A stretch of 64,000 bases of DNA from Candidatus Omnitrophota bacterium (GTDB taxonomy: Bacteria > Omnitrophota > Gorgyraeia > JAHJTE01), in contig JAGVEL010000017.1 of the NCBI GenBank assembly GCA_020058285.1, forward strand, positions 2,027-66,026, written 5' to 3'. A program made the translations under genes and the position numbers. Positions 50,201 through 62,200 of the stretch are shown here, piece by piece. Numbering within the stretch: position 1 is the first letter of the stretch; every line of letters starts with the position of its first letter. The notes below the pieces were generated by a model. It did not search any database. It was not told the DNA's origin and saw only the letters and a program-made list of their open reading frames with translations.

Positions 50201-53200
50201 AGTATATTGTTGCCTTGTTCAAATCTTTGATTATAACGCCTCAAGTTGCGAGAATTTCTGCCTTCTAACGACCCTATTTCAGATTCCCAGGGATTAGGCA
50301 AAGAGTGATGAAAATTGTTGCGGCTGTGAGTTAAATCAATAGACCCATTTGAATCATGATTATTCCTGTTTTGCGTATCTTTCTCAACTCGTTCAGCTCT
50401 TCGCGTGCTAAGTACTCCAGCAACATGGGAAGTCATAGTGGTTATTTCAGTTCTTAGCTCTTTACTAATAAAACCTGTACCTAGCTTCTTATCTAACTCT
50501 AAAACTGCAGTAAGTTCAGACATAATTCTACGCGCACTAAATACAGAAGCAGAATCTTCTTGCCCGGATAATCTTTCTGCCTCTAAGCAATCATCTGAAA
50601 TAATTCCAACTAACTTTTCTTTCAGGGTCAAAGCCAGTATTTTATAATCAACATCTGAATCCTCTCTGCAAGGTTCATCTAACCTTGCCCAAATACATAA
50701 CTGAGCTCTACGTTGTTTCTCTTGCTCAAATTTACCTATAAGTACTCTTGGAAAATCTAACATACGCTCTATTCTTGTTTTAGGAATATATCTCCAGATT
50801 TCGGATAGTATATCTAGAATTATCGTTCGTTTTTCAGTATGCACGATAGAATTTACAACAGGTTTGGCCCCCACGTCTTCTTCTAATTCTCTTAATTTTC
50901 TTTCTAATTCTGCGAAATCGGTTAATACTGTTTCTATATTGGTATATTTTTCTCTCCATTCATCAATCCAACCATTAATTACATCCTGCTCTACATCAAT
51001 TGGTGTTGCGTCTGCGTTACAAATCAGATAAAGAATAGCCAATCTGGCAGCCTGTATAGTATCAGGTTGCGTATAGCGGACCATCAGCCAGTTAATGGAA
51101 TTACGCCTATCTTCCAAGGCTGCTTCTAAATCTGCCGGGCGAATTCCGACCTTAGACAAAACGGAATAAATAATCTGCATTATTTTTCTGCTTGTGGCGG
51201 AATTTTTGCGGTTATCGGACCTCAATTGGTGCGCGGATACTTTGCGGAACTTACCAGTGAAGTTTCCGCAAAGGGTATTAGTAGAATTATCTCTTCTGTA
51301 TAATACTGCCCTTGTCAGGTGGGGATATTTTGCAAAAATTTTCTCTAAAGGATAGCCTGAAATCTCCTGTAATAATTTTTCATTTTGCTTTAATTCTGAA
51401 TTTAGCCTGCTGACTAACTCAGTATTTTTACTGCCGCGAGAATTATTGTTACTTAATTTATATACTATAGAAGAAGTGGTTAAATTTCTTAAGTCTTCTA
51501 AAGTAATCGCCAATTCTGGATAACCTGTAACAGGATTAGTCCACACCACCAACGGCTGGTTTTTTACTCCGATACGGTATCTTAAATATTGCCTGCTTTT
51601 TTTGTTCTTGGTATCGATGCGGAATCGCCAGCATCCATCGCCATCTGTAGACCAAATTAATTTAGCAGCACCCTGGCCATCTGCGCTGGTTATTTTTCTA
51701 ATTTCTTCTAACGTCGACCGGTGATGGCAGAATGTCATTCTTAAATTCCCTCTTCCATCATACACCTTACTACTCTCAGCAACAGCCGCCTTTAAAAATT
51801 CCTGCGCCTCATAATCTTCAATTTTCATATATTGTAAAAGCAACGGTTTAACACCATCTTTTATGAACCATGCCACCACATAATCCCCTGGTTGGACAAA
51901 CTTAGTATCCACAGGATGCTCACCATTAAAATTCAGCTTTCTATTGCTTAAAACCCTCAAATACTTGACTCTTAATATTGAACCATCGGCTATATCCTTA
52001 AATTCCCTGGCCAATACTTTATCTATGGCTGTTGGACTGCAAGTAAATAAGAAATCATCGTTTTCCCCTATATCTCTCTGTAACTCTACCTGTATAAACT
52101 TGTTAATTTTTTCATTAAAATTATCTATATCTCCTGCGCAAATTGCTTGCAGTGGCCAAATAGTTTTATTAAAAGATATAACTACATCGTAACTACCCCC
52201 TATAAAATGAAGACTCCTGCCAAATCTATATTTACCTCTTTCGTGAGAAGTTAAAACAGCAATATTCTCTTCTAGGTCATCAGCTAAAGAGGATGAATCA
52301 CTAAATGTGCAGAGCAACTTACCATGCTTATCAAATAATTCAGGATAAATACGTTCCTCCTCAATATATTTCAATAATTCATCAGGCAGTTCGCTAAATG
52401 ATATACTTTTATTCTCCCGAGTTACATTGCCACATTTATCCACTTTTATGGTTCCTGAAACTCTTCGTACGCCAAACAAGCTTCTTAGCATGATTCCGTA
52501 GCCTTCTAGTTCGCGCCAATCGATCTCTCGCCCCTTTAAATCATCTATTACTTTTAACGCCCTTTCAATATATCTTCTATCTTCAAGCACTGATACCTTA
52601 CGAAATACTTTCTGGCCATAAGGCGTTTTTGTAACCAACACTGCTGTTTTGGCAAAAGCAAATGGCACATATAATTTTCTATCAAAAATCCTGGGTAACC
52701 TTCCATCTTTTGCGCTAGGCAGGCCCACAATAAGTAAACTCTTATGATTTTCGCTATCCATAATCTTTTCTGCCGTTTCGTTTATTAGGTTAACAGGCGT
52801 CTTGCCCTTATCGTCTTTGCCTATTCTGTATAATATGATGTCTTCCGCTGGATCAATAAAAAGCACAATATCCTTATCTAGCGATGCCCGGTGTTGTCTA
52901 AGTAATTCTATGCGGGTTTTGGGTTTTGCGTAGCTATGTGTTAACTCTTGCTTCAATATGGAACGTAAGCTTATCAATTGTTTTCTGACGAATTCGACAA
53001 TCTCATAATTAGTGCCATCGAGATAAAGCTTGAGGATGTTAATAAATTCCTCTGTGCGATTATTTATTTTTGCGCCTTCCTTTGCTTTAAGGATGAGCTT
53101 CTTAAGCGACTGATTTATCTCTGTAGTATATTGGCTATCTGCCAAACACGTTAGCCTCTCTAGTACACTTAAATAATCATTCCCTTGTCCAACCAGGTCT

Positions 53201-56200
53201 TTAGTTTCTTTTTCTGGATAACCGATTGGCGAAGAAGAAGTTTTGGTGGGCGTTGATGGCAAACCTTTTTCTTTTAAAATCTCTGTAATCTCACCATCAG
53301 CCGGCAACCTCTTGTTGCCATTTATCCTGATAAGCTTGCCTTGTTCGTTAAATTCCTCAAGTTCAGGAATAACAACATCACAAAGCGTTTTTGCTCTTCT
53401 ATCAAATATGCGTTCAGCTTGACGTCTATCAGCATATCTACGCCTTTTCAGCCATCTATTTTGAGCTATTGTGCGGTTAACGGAAATATAAATTACTGCC
53501 TGGATATTAAAACCCATATAATTAATAAAACTATATAATGTTTTCAAATTGTCGCTACTGGACGGTGAGACGTCTATGATCAATCCTTTAGAAATATCTA
53601 ATAAGTTTATTCCAGATCTTACTAAAACCCAATACAAGTACTTGTCCATTACTCTACTGGGTGTTCTATGAGCCAATAAGGCCTGTCTTGCATTAACTTC
53701 TTTACGCAATAATTCTCCTGTAGAAATAAATGGAATGCCTAATTTTTTGGACAATGATTGGCCTAAAGTAGTTTTGCCTGAAGCGGGCAAACCAAAAATT
53801 AACACTACTGGCGTCTTATTGTTAAAATTTATAGTAATTACTTTTCGAAATTTATAGATTAAATAAATGATATTGGCCTTAAGACATTCCCTTGTAAAAA
53901 TCTTCGCAATTATTTTTATCCATTTATTGTTTTTGACTCTAGCAAATATTGATATAGGCGAAGAAGAAGTTTGGGCTAGGGTGTTCCCTGGGGCGGTTTT
54001 TACTATTCTAAGAAAATACGCCTGGAATATGCTCATTTCAGTAACGATATAGTCCGGGATATCTGAAGTTACAAAAATTTGTTTTTCGCCTTTTATGCTA
54101 TTAAAATGCCCGGTTATCTCATCAGTATATTCAGCGTCCACAACTAATATCTGAATCTCGCCCCCCACTTTTAATCTATCAAAAAGCGCCTGGGCAAAAT
54201 CATTACCATAAGCCTCTTGTGGCGGAAACAACCGGAAACGCTCCAATGTTTTGCCTTCGCCAAACCAGGGAGAAATAATATAAATCTTTTCTAGTTGATC
54301 ACGCCTAAATAGTTGGCTAACTAGTTCTCTGACATCGCCATAGACTATCTTTATATTCTTAATTTTTTTCTTTTCTATCCTCGTCGGCAATTTTTCACCT
54401 GCCGAAGAAAATGGAGAACCGGGCGGTTGTTCAATACCAACAAATAATTTATCCGGATTTTGCCTAGCTTGTTGCACCAAAAATTTACCCCGGCCGTAAC
54501 CTATTTCTAAAACATTGGCTTCGTAAGTACGCCAAGGTTGCCCAACTACATTTCCAGATAAGGATTCATCAGGGAGTTTTGCAATTAGAGTCTTAGATAA
54601 ACGCTGGGCCGGTTCCGGATAATTTATTGACGAAGAAGAAGTTGTGGCTTTTGAAACATCTTCTAAATCTAAGGAACTATCTTTTAATGTCCTGACCGGT
54701 TCACCCTGAATCTCTCCACCTATCCTAAAACGAGGATTATCAAGATTGACCTCGTTATGGAGTTGGGATAAATCTTGAGCATGATGTCCTATATCGTCTC
54801 TGATCGCATCTTTTGAATCATTCCAGAAAAGACACAGGGACTCTCCAGATGTCACAAACAAAGCAGCGCTGTTTGTTACTAATAGATAAGTGATTTGATT
54901 TTTGTAAAGCGGGTAGATTCTTGCCGGCAATACAAAAATCTCAGTATCTGGACATTGGCTAACCTCATTCTCTAAATCAATTAGATATTTATTATCTTCG
55001 CTATTAGACTGTAAAAATATCCTTACTCTCTCTAAACCTAAATTATTCTTAAGATAATCAATTAATGACTTTACTGCCCAATAATTTTCTTTCAGGGCGC
55101 CGATTCTTTGACTAATGTGAGTAAGGCCAGTTATTATTTCACCTTGCCTTTCTCCTTGAAAGGCAACAGCTAAACAATTCCCAAAGGGATAGGTAGCAAT
55201 TACATCCTCATCTTTTAATACACCCCAGGCCATTTCGTTGTAATATGCATAGTAGAAATCTGAGATAAATCTATGCAGGCCTTCAAGCGGCTGGAATTTT
55301 AACTCTACGCTCAAAGGAGGATCAGACTTATGGCGTTTTTCAATCTTTATCAAATGCATCCTTTCAAAGCCTTTGGACGCTTGGAAAGGAGGTTCAGCAG
55401 GACTAAATAATCTTAAGAATTGTTCATATAACGCAAACATCCCCAAAAATCCAAGCCCAGCCAACATTGGTCCATGATCCATAGTCAATGGTCCACAGTT
55501 CCCTCCTTCGCTAAAGCCTAGGAGGGCAGGTATAGAAATCAGATGCCCAAGATATGGCATAAGACACAAAATTCCAATTCCCAAAAACACCCCGCCTAGA
55601 ATCTTCCAGGGGAATTTGTTAATTAAAGCCTTAAATAAACCCCAGCCTGTTTCCGGAGAAGTAATCGGCGAAGAAGAGATTTCGGCAGGAGTGGCGCTGA
55701 TTACATTCGGGTCGTGCTCTTCGGCCCTTTCTCTTGACTTTCTAAAAAGGGCTAAAAATCCAAATCCAGCCAATGTTAGTCCCTGCCTATCCGGCAGGCA
55801 GGCGTGGTCCATGGTCAATAGATTACAGATACTAGATATAAAACAGAAAATTCCAAAACCTAAAGCTAATATTATGATAACTCTTTCAAATCTATCCTCC
55901 CGACCTTTCCTATTTACAAAATCAGGGCCTGATTTCTTTTGTTTTCTATAAACAACCCAACCACTCCTGACATATGGCAACCTCTTAGTTTTAATCTTCG
56001 GTAATTCATCCTCTCCTTTGGGCACATCCGCCAGCGTTAAATCACAGATCCAATTTTGTTGAACTATTTTTGGCTCCTTCATTCCAAATTCTTTGGCGTC
56101 GATCCCCTCCAAACCACTTAAGGCATCATCCAATATATCTGTTCTTAAATACGATTTGTGGATGAATAGATAATCGCCTATTCTCATTAATCTGATTAAG

Positions 56201-59200
56201 TGACTATAAAAGGAAACAAAGAGAGATAGTGCCGAATTATCCCCTGGAACTTTGACAATATGAACCGTTGGTTTTCTAAAGGGAAGTGTTTTTAGCTGCG
56301 AGATTTGCCTTCCTTCAAGAATGATATTCAAAGGGTTTGAAGTCTCTTTTGAAATTACATGAAATCCATGAAAATGTTCTTTTTGGAGATGAAATTGCTC
56401 TTTTACTTTTTCAATCAATTCTTTAACTCTTCCGTACAGGAAACCCCACTGACTAGGAATCTTTTCGGGAGAGCCTATGTCTCTGCTAAAGGCTGGATCC
56501 TGTAAGTAAATTTGTTCAACATCAGGAAATCGTTGACTTAACTGCCTCACTGTTTCCACATCAATACCTGAAGCCCAATAATAAATCACCTTGACTTCTT
56601 GTCCTGTTTTAGGGAATCTATTTGCTTTGGTCATCCCCAAAAATCCAAAACCAGCCATTATTAGTCCCTGGTCAACAGTCCCCGCCTTCGCTAAAGCTAC
56701 GGCGGACAGGGATAGTCCATAGTTCAAAGATATAAGATACCAGAGATAAAACGCAAGACACAAAATCCCCACTCCCAAAACCGCCCCGCCGATGATTTTT
56801 AAGATTGCAGATATATAAACAGAAAAATTATACTTAAAGTGTATACAGCTGGCTGCTAACCATCCAGCAACCCATGAAAAATACGGACTAGTCCAGCGAA
56901 ATTTCTTCTCATATCTATAATAAACTTCATCTACTTTTCTTGAAAAAGCCCGAATTGAAGCTATATCATCATCAGTTGGCTCCACCCATTCCCCTAACCC
57001 TGGATCGTACATAAGACGATGTTTACAAACAAATTGCGAAGCGGCAAATCCATCTCCGAACTCCCTATCTAGCAGTCTCTCAAATTCTTCTATGGATACT
57101 GAAAGACAATTCAAAACTATACGACCGGTAAGACGTAAACCTAACCACATCTTTGCAACCCAGGAATTATTCCGTAAGCCGACAGCGATGAATCCAAATC
57201 CAGCCAAGAGTGGTCCATAGTCGATAGTCGATGGTCTATAGTTAATATCAAACCTAGCGAGAAGTGTTCCGCTTGGATTCAAACTCAAGAACGGCAACTG
57301 ATCAAGGAAACTCGGGGTGATGAATAAGAGATATAATAGAAGTAAGCAGGCGAAGGATAAACTGATAATGGCGAGTTTTCTATTTCCAAATAAATGATGC
57401 TGATTAAAATTATTATGCTCTTGCCGGCTAAATATACCGGGCCACTTATAGATAAGCCAAAGTAAAACAAGAGCAATGGCTGATTTTGGTTCAGCGTCTG
57501 CGCAACCAGTGAGGTAAAGTGTGTGGTTTTCTAAAATATATACAGCAATATTGCTGTATATAGCTACTGTCAAAAATAATGTTACAAGCGTAAAATAATA
57601 TAAATCTAATTTCTCCCTAAGTCGGTCATTAGTAAATATTTTGGTAATATTCTCAAGCCGTTTAATCTTAAATAAGCTTAAGTAAGAAATTAATGACAAT
57701 ATAACTGCAGGAAAGCCAATGAATAAACCGATATTTCTCCAGCTTAAATGATAATCATGATTGCCTCCAAGTTCAATTAACCGCTCTTTTGCGAATTCCG
57801 GCCAAATAAGGCTGATAGATATGAGCGCGACAATCGCGCCAACAATAACTAAGTGCGCTTTTTTGGTTTTTATGATACTCCTTAGCAGATTAATCGGCTT
57901 TTCAAGATGCAATTTGTCATATAAATTCAAAAATGGCCGGCCAAGATTCAGGCCCCAAATCATAACTGCCAATGAAGGAATGTTCATAAACTGTAAGAAT
58001 GTGAAAGCTACATTGTCAGGTAATGACTGGGCTATTGGGTATTTGAATAATAAAAGCGCCTCAACAGCCAAAATATCAATTATAATTTTTAAATCAACTT
58101 TACTTTCTGTCTTAAGCAGCCTTTGTTCAAACTTTTTATACACACAGTAAACGACAAAATTCACAGCTGCGGCTGACCAAAGCCCAAAACTTCTTGCCAA
58201 ACCATACTCTCCAGTTTTTGGAAAATAATTTTCAATGCCCAGCTGCATAATTCTAAATATCCAACCGTTCACTGCGCCTATTGCTAATTCCAAAGGTATT
58301 CTTAAAATATTATATGGGGTTGGATTAGTTCTTAAATATACGGTTATGAAATCAAATATTACCGTGATGATAGCTGAACCTAGAACTATAAACGCCAGAA
58401 TATTTACATTGCTCAGCGACCAATACCAGGAAAATGCTCCGCTGAAATATAAAATGCAGCTTAAGCCAGCTAAAACAATAGCCAGCCGGGCAAGCTTGCT
58501 GTTTTTAATTTTGGTAAATATTGATATCGGCGAGGAAACAAGGATTGGGCTGGAGGCTGATCTTTTTTGCTCCAATATCTTATTTAGTGCCAAATCTAAA
58601 GGCAAGCCCTGATGAAACTCTCTCTTAAGATATAAATCTCCGCTATCAATTACCACTGCTAAGGTATTATCAGAGGATACCAGGCACTGAGGAGTACATG
58701 ACAGGCCGTATTCTAATAGTCTTGTTTTAAGAATATTTACGCTGGCTCCTTCTGCGGATAATGCTTCTAGTTCGGACGCAGATAAAAATCTACCCCCCAC
58801 AGCTTGCATCACGTAAGCCAATTCATTATTTCCAAGACTGATTATATCGCAAAATTTCGGGCCAACTCCGATAATATCTGTAAATTGAGTCAGGTAAATT
58901 GCTTTTTTTATTGAATATTCCGAGGCCTGCCCAAGCTTTTCTACCACAACCGGCTTGCCTATCCCTTTAACAAAACCTAAATATACTCCGTTGTTATTAT
59001 TGCCTCTCTCACCATCTGTAAGTAGCCTGAATTTCAAATCGCCGTCCAATGAAAGCGGCCTGGCTAATAAGTCACCTAAGGAAACAATTTTCCTGACACC
59101 GTCATCCTGCCTTAATCTATCCATAACCCATAATCTCTTGGGGTCATATTCACCTGTTACTTCTAAATCTCTGGTATTAATGATATAATCTCCGGGATTT

Positions 59201-62200
59201 TTCCTATCTAATTTGATTGCTTCCGGAGATAAGCCAAAATCAATAAATCTACGTGCTGTTTGGTCATCTTTTAAATTATAAATAAAATAAGTCAATACTA
59301 ACGGCAGGATTGAAAGAAAGGTAAGTAATAATGGACTGTGGACTGTGGACTGTGGACTGACTGTCCCGAGCAATGTCGAGGCATGGGCTGAAGAAAAGCC
59401 GATTAAGGACAAAATAGTAAATATACCAGCTACAAGCAAGAAGTTAAATCTGGGCAGAGTGCCGCTTAAAGGCGAGCTGGATTCGGATTGTTTACCGGGT
59501 TCATATAATACTTCTACTCTAGACATCCATGCAGGAAATAGCTTGCCTGGAAATAGATCCATTAAAAATGTATTTCCATCGGGTTTAGCCCGTATTAGCC
59601 GCACTCTGATATCTCTAACGACAGCTCTTACCATATTAGATGACCGGAGATTATTAACCTCATCTATATGAGCTAGATAATATCGTATGCCTTGATCTTG
59701 GAGATATCTTAGGCTGACCTTGAACAGATTATATCCGATATTATTAGAAACATGCGTTGGGCTCCTAGCGATATCACCTTCGGCAAAGTCCTCAATTCTT
59801 ATATCTGGGGACAATATAGAGCAAAGTTCGTTAAACATAAATTTTCTAAGCATCATCAAAGTACGAAGGCCTACAATATTACCTCCGTCTCTGCTACGGA
59901 CAGCCCAAGCCTTGATCATATCTCTAATTCGGTCGGTTAAATCAAAATTTATAAGGTCAAAACTTATAACGGCACGAAAGTCAGATGCCGCACTTTCAGT
60001 TGACAATCTCAGAGCTTCTTCGGCAAACCGAGAATAATCTGAAGATTCTGCTGTCACAATCTCAAATTGCTCACCGATTGAGCCAGATTGACTACCCAAT
60101 GGTGAACTCTGCATTTCATTTAAAAACTCTAATACCCCCTCAGGGCCAGGGACTTTTGTATATGTAACCTTTTTGCCTAAGGCCGCAGATAGGTTTTGTT
60201 CAAAGCCAGCATAGATTGCGCTAACTTCAGGTAAAGCCAACATACTATGGTCGTTCAAACTATCGCCGAAGATTATTGTTTTCTTTAGGGGAATATTAAG
60301 CCGCTGAATTAAACTTAAGACAGCCTCGCCTTTAAGCACAACAGCAACATCAACCACTTCCGGAGTATAAAAGATATGTAATGTTTCATCTCTAATTTTC
60401 TCGTTTAATTTCTCAGCGATTTGCTTTGCATGTACACCTAACACTGAATCGGTAATCAATAGGCTGACCACGCTGTCTCTATTATCCAGTAATTTTAACC
60501 GACCATCCTCAAAATATTTCCGTAATCTAAGCTCATCAATTACATCCATCATCTGGCTTAGTATATGTCTCCTAGCCTCAGAGTCTATGATATTGCTGTT
60601 ATTATTATCAAATGTTAACTCCCCATTTCCGTCAAAATGCCAGGAACAGCCCCCGGTATCGGTAAAAAGGTGGATTTTATGAGCGTATTTTATTCTGGTC
60701 TGCTTATCAATATACTTAACTAACAATTCATCTAAACCAGGTATGCCGTTGACATTATGCATGCTTCTGCCGGTAATAATTGCTATATCCTTGCCTAATT
60801 TTAGTAATAATAACAAAGCCAACATTGGCTTAGAAATAGCTGTCCTGAATTTTCCTAAGGTGTCATCATAATCAAATATGAACAGCTTAAATTGCGATAA
60901 TTTTAACTTGTTATTTATTAACGAGAGAACGCTCAGTAATCTCTTAAGTTGGAGTAGAATGTTGTGGCTGCTGGAATCAGATTGACTAATTAATGGCGAG
61001 CTGGGTAAATTTTTCCTCGCCGCAAGATAATACATATTGCAAAGTCCTTCCGAAACAATTACTGGCTCGTCTTGGCCTACCTCAACTCTAAATTTCATTA
61101 TGGACTCCGCCTCTAAGCCTGCCAGCCTACATTCCTTTGCAACATATTCAGGCGGAGCTCCGCGTATATGAAACCTGCCAATTAATTTTTCAGGCCACAA
61201 ATAATCTAAAATAACCACCATACCATTGTTGTTTAAGACCTGGCTGACTTTAGATAAAATCTGACTAACCTCTCTCATATTGCACATAGATTCCTGAAAA
61301 AGCACAATATCAAATTTTTCAGTATCAGTGTTAACTTCTAATACTTCGAGTAAGTCAGCGGCATTTCCAACATAAGCTTTTATCCCAGCCTCTTTAGCTA
61401 TCTGCACCATCTGCTCAGCTATATCAATACCTACAATATCGTGTCCATCTTTAACTAATTCTGCTTCAACCGGCGCCTTACCCATTCCCAGAGATAGAAT
61501 CCTGCTGGGTTTATTTTCACCAATACCATTTATTTTTTCTTTTACCCATCTTCTAAACCCGATATTAAGCGTAATATATGTTCCTAAAATTGCCCATCTA
61601 AAACCAGACTTATCATAAACTAAATCCATCTGGTATTTATAAGCATTCTCAATTGCCTGTTCTGAGTCTGTTGTTCCAAGCAAAGCATTGATAAAATCCT
61701 GATTAAATCTAAACAATAATTGCCCGGTTACGCCAGCGACTTCAACTAATAACGAAAAATTTAAACGCTCTGGGTTATAAAAGTCTCTTATATAAGCATC
61801 TAAAAAGATTAAAAATCTGATTAATTCTTCTTCGGACATGGGGCAACGCCTGATTGCAAACATATTTATTTTTAATATTACTAATGTCTTATTATCTAAC
61901 TTATGAAACGGCTCGCTTTTTAAAATTTCTTCACAAAGATTATTTTCGCCATGCAAAACATTCCAACTATCTATATAAGAGTTATCCAATAAATATAAAA
62001 GTTGCGTTAGTAAGGTGTTTTTGTTTTGCGCTAAGTCAACTACGTTTATCGGCGAAGAAGAAATGAGCAGAGTTTTTGTTTTAGGGGTATTTTCAGGTTG
62101 TAATTGTTGTTTCAGTGCACTAGGTTTCGGGTAAGTGACTTGGATTGGTGATGAGGAAAGGAAGGAATTTTGACTATAGACTATTGACCATGGACTATTG

